NCBI RefSeq assembly: GCF_009914755.1
Contig: NC_060940.1
Strand: one strand, 5' to 3'
DNA from: the human T2T-CHM13v2.0 reference genome, Homo sapiens
DNA length: 64,000 bases
Shown in pieces: positions 42,767 through 55,926 of the stretch (its first letter is position 1; each line of letters begins with the position of its first letter). A program made the translations under genes and the position numbers. Below the pieces are notes generated by a model. It searched no databases and had not been told where the DNA came from. It saw only the letters and a program-made list of their open reading frames with translations.

Positions 42767-42831
42767 TTTTAAGCTCCATACAGTAAAACCTAGCATATGA
42801 AAACAGTTCTGGCTGATGGGTTGGTAGAAGT

Positions 42832-42972
42832 GATAGATATAGATACATATATACACATATATGCACAGTAATAGATATAGGTAAAGACCTTGATATATGT
42901 ACATATATTGTATGATACATATCCATGCATATACGTGGGTGTACACACACAGGTACACACAAATATATATGT
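42832..42972. repeat. Low-complexity TA/CA-rich tract
   Basis: Seen directly. Confidence 0.8.
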
Positions 42973-43759
42973 GCCTTTGGACAAGAAAAAATCCCCAGGA
43001 CAGTCTCATTTGGCTTTTAAAATGCTGCAGTTGAATAGGACCGTAGAGGTGGCCTAAGGCAGCCTTCCATTCAGGGCACGCAGATTTGGTTCCTCAGCTC
43101 CCTTCTTCTCTATTTCTGAGTCACGTGGGCTGCACCTATCTGTCAGAAGCCCACTGCCCACCCAGAGCCCCTGACTCTGAATGGTGGCCCAGTGCTTTCT
43201 GAAGACAGAGGTGGGACCTGGTGCTGGAGACAATCCATTCCTTTCACAAAGACTGTAAGCCTTACCCAAGCATTAATTTTGCTGCATAGGCGGCCTGTTC
43301 TCCCACAAAGCACTGAGTAAGAAGAAAAGGGGCCCGGATAAACCAGCAGGGCCTGGCAGACAACTTCTGGCTCCCTTGCCATTTAAGGTCCCGAGGAATG
43401 TGGAGACATTGGTGGGGGCCAGGGTGGGTTTGGAAGGACGGATTTTTTCCTCTTTGTCTCTATCTCTCTTTCTCTCTGTCTTTTTCTCTTTCTCTCATAG
43501 TTAATGCTATGATTTTGTAAAAAAAAAAAAAAAAAAAAATTCTAGTTTCTCAGAATCCTCATTGGAGGCATGTGTATATTTCTAAATTTAAATGTATTCT
43601 CCTATACTGTCCGGGGAAAGGAAGCATTTTTCAACCAAACTGAAAGGGAAAGGTACTCTTTTTTATTCTAATACTCACATTTCCCAAAACATATCCTTAA
43701 TATTGTACATTTGGCACAGTTATTGTTGAATACTTGGAAGGCGATGTGTATAGCATACA

Positions 43760-43900
43760 GAGCTGCAGCTTTGGACTTTGTGGCTTTAGGTAAATTACTT
43801 ATTCTCTTTGCACCTCAGTGTATTCTTCTGACTAATGGGGACAGTAGCAACATCGATGTCTCGGGGCTTCTGTGAGTATTCATCAAGGTAATATATGCAG
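43760..43900 (+). mobile_element. MIR
   Basis: TTAGGTAAATTACTT..CACCTCAGT..TAATGGGGACAGTA. Confidence 0.65.
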
Positions 43901-45055
43901 GCCAGTACCACATTCCCCACTAAAGGAGTGCCACTTTTTTTTTTTTTTTTTACTACTTGCATTATTGTTGTTGTTGTTGCTGTACGTCTGAAGGGCTTTA
44001 GTCCTCTTATGAGCAAGGCAAAAGGGACAATGTTCACCCTTTGGACTGGAAGTAAGAAGCCCCTGCAGTTCCAAATGACTCCACATTTGGAATGATTTCA
44101 CAAGGAGTGCAAAAGAAGCCTCTTGTTTGACTTTGCCCACAAATGCCAGAGGAGGACTCTTCTGAGCCATGCCAATAAGAAAAATGAGAATGCCAGCTTA
44201 AATAAATGTTATCACAATCTCTGCAGAATCGTGATGTCTCCGATTCTTAAAAGTGTCTACTGCAGGGTATTTATTATTCTGTGATAATAATAAATCGCTG
44301 CTTATGAAATGCAAGGAATCGAGTGTCATGGAGGGGAGGAAGGGAAGTAACAGGGAGAAGAACTGTGAGAGATGGAGGTCCAGCCAGGCCCGGGCTATTA
44401 ATCATCGCCCTCCATTATTTCCTGAAGATTCATTCATTGTTCCATAGGTACCTAGAGGGTCAATTAGAGACCACAGACAGGCTTTTTCAAAGACGCAAGA
44501 GGGTCAATTAGGCCCTCCTTATAATTTTCTGCTTTAACAGCAAATGCCAGCCTATCGTGCATCAGATGCAAGGGAGTTTGGAAATAAACAGGGTACTTTC
44601 CCTCCTCCTCTAAAAAAAAAAAAAAAGAAAAAATCCAACACAGAGACATGGAGACAGTCGGCGATTGGGAACGCTTGGCTTGCTGGCTGTCAGGATCTGG
44701 TTCAAGGAAGGCAAAGGGAATTTTATCACCAACTGGGACTTGAGAGGAGCAGAGTTCTTCTGGTCTCAGAGCACGGGGAACGGTCAGGGAATTTGTATGA
44801 TGGAGCACCCTGTTCCCATATCTGAGATGATTCATTTATCTTGAGTGCCATCTTAACTACAATTAGAGTACAATTATAAAGTATCTACAATGGAAATGGG
44901 TCTTGAAATCAATCGCAGCTGGACCGGCGTGCGGTGAGTTGCCGTGCCCACCACGACTGCTGTCTGTGTTTAGGACAGAGTTCAACCAAACGTACCGGTG
45001 TGTGATTTTGCACAACACTGCTTTGTATTTGTTTTCCCTGAGACCGGCAAACACA

Positions 45056-45367
45056 TTTTTTATTTATTTTATTTTTATTTTTCGAGATGGACTTTCGCTT
45101 TTTTGCCCAGCCTGGAGTGAAGTGGCATGATCTCGGCTCACTGCAAACTACCCCCGCCCCCGGGTTCAAGCAATTCTCGCACCTCAGCCTCCCAAGTAAC
45201 TGGGATTACAGGTGCCCAACACCAAGCCCGGCTAATTTTTGTATTTTAAATAGAGATGAGGTTTTGCCATATTGGTCAGGCTGGTCTTGAACTCTTGACC
45301 TCAGGTGATTCACCCACCTCAGCCTCCCAAAGTGCAGGGATTAAGGCGTGAGCCACCGAGCCCAGCC
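45056..45367 (-). mobile_element. Alu (AluS)
   Basis: Antisense dimer; TSD GGCAAAC..ATTTT. Confidence 0.95.
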
Positions 45368-46033
45368 GGCAAACTTATTTTAAAACACATTGCAATAAAA
45401 TAAAAAGAAAAGGGATTGTGCTAAGTGAGAAGCAGAGATGAAAATGTGGAAGGATGATTGTGAGAAGTCCACATTGCTCCATTTGGACTTCCTTTTTGTA
45501 GTGGGCTATTAGATTTTGCCTCTGCTTGTTTCTGAATACCCAAGCTTGCTAACAAAGGGAAAGACCAATTATCATGATTTATTATTATTTACCTTAAGAC
45601 CTGATTCTACCTATCTATGATCACATAGACATTTGGAAGCAAAGAGAAATGCTTTTCATGTGGGAAAAACCAATACCAACTTCAGTGATATTATTTCTCC
45701 GCCCCCCGCACCGGGCTCTTGGGAATATCTCTTAGCCCTCAATTGTCACATTCATTCAGCAGATGTTAGCACGTGCAGGCACCATTCTAGGTGTTGGGGA
45801 TACATCCAAAAACAAGCAGGAAAACCCCATTCTCTTCATTTCTGGAATGCCGGAGCACTGGGCCCATGGAGCCCGTTTCACTTACACGTTTTTGTCGTCT
45901 TTGAGTTTCCAAGAAGGGAGTGGCACTATAGCTGAAGAGGATGACCCTCTATCACAGCCTTTGCTAAAACCACTGAAAACTGTCTTATTTTTCATTTTGC
46001 CCGGAAGTGCGACACATAAGTGCATTCCTCTAG

Positions 46034-46313
<280 letters not shown>

Positions 46314-46634
46314 AGAGCAGGAATTTCATTGGATTTGTACACTGCTGCTTTTTCAGAGCCTGGAACAGTGCCAAGCACATAGTCGGCCCTCAGTGAGCAT
46401 TTGTTGACTAACTTAGGTCACAGATGTGGGGCTGTGATTCTGAAGGCCCCGGCTCATTCTTGGCTTTCAGAGAGGTTTGCTTTCACTCCTGGGCAGCAGC
46501 TGCCCTGGCTGCTGCCACCACCGCCTTCCCGGAGGTCAGCTTTATTTTCAGTGTTTTTGCCCTTCCGATCCCTGGGTAAGAAGTAAGAAAATTTCTAGTG
46601 CCTGGAGTCTCCATCCTCGTTTCCCAGTCATATC

Positions 46635-46905
46635 CTAGAAGCTGCAAATTGCTGGCTTGTGGATGTCTTTGGTTTGGCCTGCTGAAGTTTGTTTTGGATT
46701 TTTTAATGAAATAAATTAGCTGTGAACATTTAAAACTTGGGAGACATCCCATCAAAATTGGGATTTCCTGCTTATCTCGACAAAGCAGATCTGGCATCCT
46801 TTGCCTGCATTTTACATTTGGCTACAGTTGGCTGGACTTGAGCAGCGGCTGCCCCTCTTTAGCTGGGGCATGTGCCCTGTGGTTTGCCATAGTACCCATC
46901 AGGCC
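46635..46905. mobile_element. MER102-like hAT element
   Basis: TTGGTTTGGCCTGC..GGATTTCC.GCTT..AGATCTGGCA..GAGCAGCGGCTGCCCC..GGGCATGTGC..TTTGCCATAGT. Confidence 0.65.
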
Positions 46906-47019
46906 TGCTTCACTCATTGTAGAAATGGCCTGGCCTCCTAGGCATTGGAGATTTCTGTTATGCTCATTCATGAGCTTGCCTGCTTACACCTAGCTGTTGT
47001 GTTGGTTCTCATAGGTCTC

Positions 47020-47760
47020 CCTGATTCCAGCCTCCAATTCACTGAGCTGGCCTCTGCCAGTGTCACTTCTCCCCAGTCTTGGCTTTGATCAAGCTTGGAA
47101 AGGCCTGGCCTTTGTGTTGTCACATTCTTCTGCCTAGAGTATGCCTTTTCCTTCACCAAACCAAGTGGCTCTTTCGGAAGACTTGCCTGAATCCTAGACC
47201 CCTTCTCTCTACAACCTTCAGTCTGAGTTGGGTACCTTGCATCCTCCTTTGTTCCCATACTAACCCCTACAACCATGGTCATTTTGTGGTTATCTGTTTA
47301 ATTCTCTGCTGGCTATTCCAGGCTGTCACCTCCCTGACTACAAGGACTTTGTTGCTCACAATCATATCCACGGCATCCACACAAGATCTGGCCGCTACGT
47401 GGAAGGACACATAGTTCCGTCTGGCTTGGAGCCTAGCTTGGGAGAGGGACAGTAGTGGGGAAGGGTGAGCTTGGAGATAGAGCTGACCTTCCCAGGTGCT
47501 TCAGCAGTTACAGCAAGATTCTAGATCTTACCCTGACAGTCACAGAAAGCACTGGGAGCGTTTATGAATGTTGTGGTATCTCACATAATAAGGGGACCAT
47601 GCATGTATTTTAGAAAGAGCCCTCTGGCTTCAGGGAAGAACGATGGATTTGTGAGGGTCAGGACTGGTAGCAGGTGGGCTCCTAGAATAGTCCCGGCAAG
47701 AGATCATGGAGGCCAGAGCCAGGGATGGATATAGACTAAGACATGCCTGTAGACTGAGTG
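47020..47760. mobile_element. L2 fragments in both orientations
   Basis: CTGCCTAGAGTATGCC..GGAAGACTTGCCTGA on +; TTTTAGAAAGAGCCCTCTGGCT..TAGTCCCGGCAAGAGATCATGG on -. Confidence 0.55.
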
Positions 47761-48667
47761 TCGAGGAGCAAGTAGATCAAATTCTAGCATGAGACTGGGA
47801 GAAAGAGATGTTCTCCAGCCAATGGATTTATGAAATGAATGAACTTTTTCCCTTTCCTCCCAAGCATTGCCTGGATCACCTTGTTAATATGGTTTCTTAT
47901 TAAACGTGCTGGAAAAAAGAGGCTCTAAGTGCGTATGCTTTTAAAGCAACACTATTAGCAAATGGCCACTGGCTTCATTTTTCCTGTGCATATATTTTTG
48001 TGTATTCCGGGAGGATTTTCTTTTCTTTTTCTTTTTAATCCTCCTCCTCAAGGGAAACATTCTTCTCACAATAGCTTCCTGGTAGAAAGTTCTAACTAAT
48101 GACTTTAATCGTGTGAATGTATTGCAGAAATGGACAGGACAATTCTCAGCCCATTCATCTTACAGACCTCAAGTGAACAGGCACAAAACAACAGGCTCCA
48201 CCCTCCTTCTCCCCTCTATCTCATACTTTACCTCAATTTATGACTTGGCTTACAATCCGTTGCAGAAAGCCTAGCTCCCCAGCTTCTCCTGAATCTACGT
48301 TTTTCTATTTTGTCTGAACTAGCCAAGGTCTCTGGAGTTTGCTGTTATATTGCTTCAGAGAAATTAGTGACATTGAAAGGCTGTTGTCTTTTTTAGTGTA
48401 CTTTTGGTTGTTAGGAGAAATTTACAAGGCCATTTTTTTCTCCCGTCTCTGCAGTTCAGGAGATTATATTAGAAAATATTCTATACAAAAAATATGCATA
48501 GTAGGGCTTTTCTCCAGCTAGTAGCTCAGAATAAGTCAGTACTACTGAAACAGGTACCTTTTGTGGAATTGATTCTGAAATCTGTTTGGATCTGAAATCT
48601 TTCTTTCTTGCCTTTGAGTAAGATACGGCAGAGAAAAACAATTACACTAGCTGCTGGTCTGTATTTA

Positions 48668-49002
<335 letters not shown>

Positions 49003-49219
49003 TAATAATAATAATGTTACAATAATAATAATGTTAGTGATACATATCATTTTGAAACCAGTTCTTAAGCAATTAAAAAAAAGCAGCTATGGTGATTGAG
49101 TTTTTGTGTTATGAATTTTATACTCTGAAGGCATGGTCATTGTGAATGCCAAAGAAATGAACAGGAGAAAATTTTATTTGAAAGCTGGGATTGTTGCATG
49201 CTGCAGAATTTTTTTTTCT

Positions 49220-49840
49220 TTTGCTATTGCTGTGTAACAAATGACCACACACTTAGCAGTTCACATTCACATCTTGTTTATTAACTACAATTCTCTAGAT
49301 CAGAAGCCTAGACACAATGTGACTGGCTTCTCTGCTCAGGGTCTCTTGGGGACAAAATAAAGGTGTCCGCTGGAGGAACATCCTTTCCTGCATGCTCTGT
49401 GGAAGAATCCACTGCCAAGCTCATTCAGGATGCTGGCAGGATTCAGATCCTTGAAGTTGTAAGACTAGGGCCCCTGTTTCCTACTGACTTCTGCTGGTGG
49501 CTGCCCTCAGCTCCCAGAGGCAACCCACATTCCTTGACTTTTGGCCCCCTGCATCTCAAAGCCAGCAACAGAAACTCTCTTGTGCATGGAGTCCCCTCCT
49601 GCTTTGAATCTCTCTGACTTTCCTTGACTTTGATGTCTAGGTCTGGATTTCAAGGGCTCAGAAACTCTCTCATGCATGTAGTTCCCTCCTGCTTTGAATC
49701 TCTCTGACTTTCCTTGATTTTGATGTCTAGGTCTGGATTTCAAGGGCTCACGTGATGAGGATAGTTTCTTTATCTTAAGGGCAACTGATGTGGAGTCTTA
49801 ATTAACACTGGCAAAATCCCTTCATGACAGTACCTAGAGT
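49220..49840 (-). mobile_element. MaLR LTR (MLT1) containing a 90-bp tandem duplication
   Basis: ATTGCTGTGTAACAAATGACCAC..CTCTGCTCAGGGTCTC..CCAAGCTCATTCAGG.TGCTGGCAGGATTCAG..CTCAAAGCCAGCAAC. Confidence 0.82.
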
Positions 49841-50282
49841 ATGAATTGACTCAGTAACTGGAAGAATGCATGCGTACACCATGGACCGGGAATCCGGGAG
49901 GCCAATTTAGAATTTTATGTATCAAAGCCCCATTTTTTTTTGAATAACAGAAAAAAAAAAGAGACCTGATATTTGGAGAGACTTTTTCAAAAGCAGAAAG
50001 TTTAATATAAAAGAAAGGGGGTAATTGAAGAAGATATAAACTGCAAAGAAAGGATGTTAGGTAGAGCGCCTTATAGGGAATCAGAGGTTTTATTACAGGC
50101 AGACACGGCTTCACCTGTGAGCCGAGCAAGTGATTTTGCCTGCAGAGAAGAACGCAGGGTTCCTTCTATGGCTCAGGATCTTCAGTTACCAGCAGTGGAA
50201 GTGAATTGAAAATAGTTGGTCTCTTGAGTGACCTGATGCAACTCATTATCTTCTCTGTGCCTTAACGTCTCTATCTAATTTC

Positions 50283-50330
50283 CCATTAAAAGTAACAGGA
50301 AAAAGCGCAATGACTTTTGCACCAACCTAA
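50283..50330. mobile_element. MADE1 (Hsmar1 MITE), one arm plus centre
   Basis: CCATTAAAAGTAA..AAAAAGCGCAATGACTTTTGCACCAACCTAA matches the mariner TIR; MIR-like flanks. Confidence 0.85.
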
Positions 50331-51842
50331 CACAATGGGTTGACATTCAGGATTGCTATAATGATGAAGCAATGGCAAATGGAGTCTTTGTTTTTAGCCC
50401 CGTGGAGGCATATGCTGGGCACTCAACAAACATCACTTCCCCTGCCCTTTTCTCAGATAGAGTTATCCAAACAAATTGGATGCTCAACTCTGGATTTGAT
50501 CCAAGCTCTCTGGAAATCTCTAGCTTCTCAAACTGTTTCGTGGTGGAGTGCCTTTTGGGCACAGGAGAAGGAAATAAGAGCCTCGCGAGGTTTGGGAATG
50601 CTGCCTGTAGCTCTCACACTGCATGCAGAATTCCTACTCTGAGAGCTCACTTTATCTCAAAAACCCATGCATATTCTGCATCTACTCTGAATTCCGCAGT
50701 GTTGTGTGTTACTATACGATCTAGTGTTTTCGTTGCTTACAAGTTAGATTCACACTCCAGGAATGTATCTGTTCCCACATCCCCTGATGCTGAGCATACC
50801 AGAGTTAAGGGAGGCAAGCAAGGCCCCTAACCTCCCAGGTTCATGGAGGTACCCATTCTGCACTTGTTGACCTTGAGCTTGAGGACTCCATAAATGTCTG
50901 CCCTTGGCATTGCACGTGCCTCCCTCTGGGCTGACCCTGCTGGGCCTGTCACTTACTCCCATTGGAGAGGCCTGTTTCCATACATAGCTCTTTGTCAGTT
51001 GCTCACACTCGGTCAATACTTGCCTTCCTTTGAGGCCATCTGCACTCACTGACAATCTGATTGCTCCCCTGAATGGAGGTGAAAGCATGCAAGCTAGGAG
51101 TTAAGATCTTTAACTCAGGGAAGACCCTGTCTATGGAAGTGCTGAGCTCTTCAGTGTCATCACAGAAAAGCATGAGCCCCTCCCTGGTACGGAGTCATCA
51201 CATCCCATAGCTGAGCGACGTCGGAGCTCCACGATGGGGAGGTGACACATAGTCAGTTAATTACATAAAGAGAACTTGAGCAAACTCTTACTCTGCCATA
51301 TGCTGTGCAGATCCCTCTGAAAAGCTTTACAGATGTTCTTTTTTTTTTTTAATCCCTCCCCCTATCTTTCTTTCTTTGCACCCACGATGCTCTGCACTTC
51401 AAGCTAAATATAATGTATCTGATTTTACAGCATACATACTAATCAGGTTTGAAAGTTGTCTTGTGAGGCTTTAAAAAGCTAGCCAAGAGCAGTGCGATTT
51501 CTCCAAAAGGATGTCTGCAATCAAGATGATTACATGGGAAAATAAATCATAATTTATATTGCTGAAAATGTCATTTGCAAAACACTTTGACAATACTTTC
51601 CTTTCAGTCTATTTTCCTGTGTATGGGGTAAGTGTTGCCCTTCTGCAACTTTACTTTTATTTTATTTATTTATTTCTTTTCAATACTCTGAATATCACTG
51701 GAGCAGCTGCAGATTCAGGGCAGTATGGGGTGGTTCAGGAACAGAACTGACAGGTATTGAAGCCAAAAATTGAACAATAACAACGTAGGAGGGAGAATCC
51801 AAAGATAGTATGTGTTCAGGATACGGGCACTCGTGTGGGTGA

Positions 51843-51895
51843 ACACACACACACACACACACACACGCTTTTTTTTTTTTTTCTTTTTTTTTTTC
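51843..51895. repeat. (AC)n followed by a T-rich run
   Basis: Seen directly. Confidence 0.95.
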
Positions 51896-52117
51896 TCCTA
51901 TTGCAATAGAACGTAAAGGTAGATTTTTAGAACCAAATGCCTTTTAGGAAGCTACCTCTCTTCCACCCTGCTGCCTTTGTGTTGAATAAACTATATTAAA
52001 TTATCCAGGAGGAATGATTAGTGATCTGATTCATTAATATCCCTTGTTATTAAGAACTGTCTGTATTTGTGTCCTGGTTGGCAGATATTAAGTCCACAGA
52101 TACCAATAATTAATATC

Positions 52118-52602
52118 TATGGTTGATTGTAAAAATGGCCACCAATTCTTCCCTGTCCCCTGCATATGTACATCCTTGCACTGTGAAATTGTAGATCTTG
52201 CCCTCCAAAGGTGAAGTTCGTTTGTCCACTCCTTGAACCAGGATGGCATGAAACTTGATTTGACCAATGAGGCATTTGGAAACACGGCACAAGCAAAGGC
52301 TTGAAACGTGCTTTTATGTTGGTGCTTGCCCACTTGCTGTGCTACGAACCCTTTTACTTCTGGGTGCGAACAAGCCCAGGCTAGCCTTCTGGGCGATGAG
52401 AGACACAAGACCATGTTTCCATATTGCCCCAGCCAAGAGCTAACCTACAGACGCAACTGCCTTGCTGACAGCAGACACCTGCCCAGCTGAGCCCAGCCCA
52501 AATTGCTGACTCATGCAATCTTGAGCTAAAAATAAGTAGCTGTTGTTTATAGCCACTAATATTTGTGATGGTTCATTGCACAGCAAAATTGAATGGAGAC
52601 AA
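52118..52602 (+). mobile_element. MaLR LTR (MLT1F/G-like)
   Basis: AAAAATGGCCACCAATTCTTCCC..CTCCTTGAA..TTTGACCAAT..CCCAGCTGAGCCCAGCCCAAATTGCTGAC..GCCACTAA. Confidence 0.82.
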
Positions 52603-53536
52603 TACTTTTGAAATTGACTCTTCGGGAGCTGTTGTAAAGAAGTAAAATGTGTAGTGTTTGCCCTTTTCCTCAGCTGTAGGCCTGGTATGCAGAAGTATTC
52701 AGTTATTTGGTGAGTGAACCCTCGCTGATGCCCTGGCTAGTGTTTTCTGTCTCAGGAAGCATGAACATTTCATCCAGGGTTATATGCTACAGGGATATTC
52801 AAGAAATTGAAGATCCTTGAAAATCTAGTCTCCCTCACAAGGATCAGGTGGCAGGATCTAATGGGAGGGGTAGAGAGTGAGTGTTAACACACAGAGAACC
52901 CAGGAGACCTTTCTCAGAGGTCTCATATCAAGAAAAGATCATTTCTCCTAAGCAATCAATTTCTTTTTAAATCTGAACCTCATATCTGAGAATATTCCCT
53001 TCTTTTATCTGGCCACTCGGGAGCTCAAAAATAAATTTCTGGCACCCTTCTTCCTGGCTCCAGTAAAGTCATACAACCATATGGTACCTCTCTGGCAACT
53101 AATTTCACCTATTTCCTTATTTGTTTAAAAATTTTAACTTAAATTTTTTCCCCTCAAGATCTATTTACGGATCATCAGTTTTATTTTTTCTTTTCTTTCC
53201 TCTTTTTCTTTTGCTCCCTTTTCTCCCCACTCTTGACTCTTCTCTAGTTTTTATATGCAGTTTGTATTTATCCATGCCATCTGAAATCCTCCTTCCTTTT
53301 TAACAAGGCAAGTAGAAAACGAAAACAACATCAAAGGATACACTACACAATTGTTGGAGCCCTAGGAACCGAGAGAAGAGTACAAGCAGGTTCTTGAACT
53401 GTTCTCTCCCCAGCAACTATAACTGGAAGGAACCTCAGTTTGTCCATTCATTCATTCATCAGAGCAGCATAGCAGAGTAGAAGGAACTCTGACTTTGGCA
53501 TTGGTGCCTCTAAGTTTGAAGTCTAACTCCATCACT

Positions 53537-54058
53537 GTGTTTCTTTCCTCTTGCTGATAGCTGATTTGTTATAAACAAATTACCAAAAACGTACTGGCTT
53601 TAAAGAACACATGCTTATCATGTTGCAGTTCTGGGGAGTCACAAGTTCAAAATCAGTCTCACCTGGTCAAGATGTCAGTAGGGCTTGTTCCTTCTGGAGG
53701 CTCTAGGGGAGAATCTGTTTCCTTGCGTTTTTCATCTTCTACAGGCCTCCTGCATTCCTTGGCTCTTGGCCCCTTCCTCTGGCTTCAAACCAGCAGTTTA
53801 ATATCATCACATCTCCTTTACTGATTCCTCTTCCGTTGTCCCATCACATTCTCCTCATCTGGCCCTCTGGCCACTCTCTTATAAGGACCCTTTTGATTTC
53901 ATTGGGAATACCCAGATAATCTTGGATAATCACTCCATCTCAGGGTCCTTAATCACATCTTCAGAGTCCCCTTTGCCATGGCTGATGACAGAGTCACAAA
54001 TTTGGGGAATTAGTGTGTAGACTTCTCTTGTAGGGAGTCATTATTACTCTACCACAAC
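53537..54058 (-). mobile_element. MaLR LTR (MLT1C/D-like) nested in MIR
   Basis: CCTTCTGGAGGCTCTAGGGGAGAATCTGTTTCCTTGC..TCTTATAAGGACCC..CTTAATCACATCT..TACCACA. Confidence 0.87.
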
Positions 54059-54302
54059 CACTAATTCTGGACTTCACGTTCCCTCATCCATAGAGCAGGG
54101 ATAACAATATCCTCCAGGCTATCCGCGGAAGTAGAGAATATAAGCTTTATCCAGGGGGCCACTCAGTGATGGGAGTCTTCCTTATGAAGCTGTCCCAGCT
54201 CCATCTCTCAGGACTGAAATGTGGGTAAGACCATCACATTTTTCATCCCCCGCCCCCCGCCCCCAACATTGACTGGGCAGATATTCATACAATGGCGATT
54301 GT

Positions 54303-54675
54303 TTTGTCTGCCTGGATGGCTTTAACATAATACCATAGACTGGGCAGGTTAAACAGCAGACCTCTATTCCTCACAGTCTAGAGGCTGGGAAGTCCAAGGT
54401 GAAGCCATGGGCACATTCTGTGCCTGCCTGAGGCTCTCTTTCTGGTTCCCAGATGGATGCCTTTGTGTGTCCTCTCATGGCAGAGAGAGGAAGGGGTCTG
54501 GAACCTTTCTCTTATAAGGATACTAATCCCATCGTACCCCGTCCCCCATGATCTCATTTGAAATTAGTCACCTCCCAAAGCCCCACCTCCAAGTACTGTC
54601 ACACTGGGGCATAGGGCTTCAGCATATGAATTTGGGGGAGCTGGGGAGAGGAACACATACATTTAGTCCATAACA
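54303..54675 (-). mobile_element. MaLR LTR (MLT1A-like)
   Basis: TACCATAGACTGGG..GAGGCTGGGAAGTCCAAG..TCTTATAAGGATACTAATCCCATC..ATATGAATTTGGGGG..AGTCCATAACA. Confidence 0.87.
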
Positions 54676-55319
54676 ACTATCTCACTTACCTCTCTACTAA
54701 GTGATTCAGAAAATAGCAAGTATAGTAGTGGGAGAACATGGTATCAGAACCAGGAGAGGGTCCTCTGGCTTTCTGAGTTCTGCCAAAAACCAAGTTTTGC
54801 TGCCTTGGGCCTGTGGCTTCTCCTCCCTGATTGTCGCTGGCCTTGCTGTAAATTGTGAGGCATCCATGTGAGGCACAGGATGGTTCCAAGGACCAACTGA
54901 GGCTGTCTGTGCTGAGGCTGGGAGGGTGTAAGTGCTCAGAGGCAGCCGGAAGCTGTGGTTTTTACCTCCCAAGACTGTGCAGAGCTTCCTTCTTCTGTAG
55001 GGAGAAGTCTCTCAGGACAGGGCTCACAACAGTGCAGTCAGGAGATTGGAAATTTTAGTGACACCAAAGTGGGCTTTACTTCCTCCTCCTAGAATTCCTG
55101 CCAGAAAGGTGGAGATGTGCAATAAACTGAGCACCGATAGAGTACCAAGAACATGCTTTTTGCACATTGTTTGATTCATCAATCAGAGTGGGGCATGGCT
55201 GTCATCAGTTCAGAGTTGAAAGAATTGAAGATCAAAGGGGTCACGTCTCTGTGAATAGTATTAGTAATAGCAGCAGTATCGATAGCAATCATAGTAATTA
55301 AAATGGAAGCAACCACCAG

Positions 55320-55590
55320 TGTAATCATAGCAGAAACTCACATGTGTGTGCTTTCTATGTGCCAGGCATGAGGCTGAAGTCATACATTCATTATTTGTTA
55401 ATCCCACCCTAAGTGATAGGTGTATTCATCATTCTCAGTATCAGAAGAAGAAACTGAGGTTCAGAATGACCCAGTAAAGATCACAAGCCCAACCCTGGTG
55501 AAGGGCGTGATTGGCAGAAGCCCAATTTAAGCCCCCATCATGTCCTGACGCTTTCCCAAAGCTGAGCTGCCTGCCAGGGTCTTTGCTCTT
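55320..55590 (-). mobile_element. MIR
   Basis: CTATGTGCCAGGCA..GAAGAAACTGAGGTTCAGA..AGATCACA. Confidence 0.7.
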
Positions 55591-55613
55591 CCACTGCCAA
55601 GAAGTAAGGTTTT

Positions 55614-55926
55614 GGTTGGGCGCGGTGGCTCACGCCTGTAATCCCAGCACTTTGGGAGGCCGAGGTGGGTGGATCACGAGGTCAGGAGATCGAGACCATC
55701 CTGGTTAACACCGTAAAACCCCGTCTCTACTAAAAATACAAAAAAAAAAAAAATTAGCCCGGCGTGGTGGCGGGTGCCTGTAGTCCCAGCTACTCCGGAG
55801 GCTGAGACAGGAGAATGTCATGAACCCGGGAGGCGGAGCTTGCAGTGAGCAGAGATTGCAGCACTGCACTCCAGCCTGGGCGACAGAAGGAGACTCCGTC
55901 TCAAAAAAAAAAAAAAAAAAAAAAAA
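55614..55926 (+). mobile_element. Alu (AluY)
   Basis: GGATCACGAGGTCAGGAGATCGAGACCATCCTGG, GGCGGAGCTTGCAG; TSD AAGAAGT.AG.TTT. Confidence 0.96.

Noticed and set aside
42620-42770. Initially suspected small-RNA pseudogene
   Set aside because: Better explained as MER85
50372-50830. 152-aa ATG ORF
   Set aside because: No recognisable domain, starts in MIR-like sequence, and such a length can occur by chance in 64 kb
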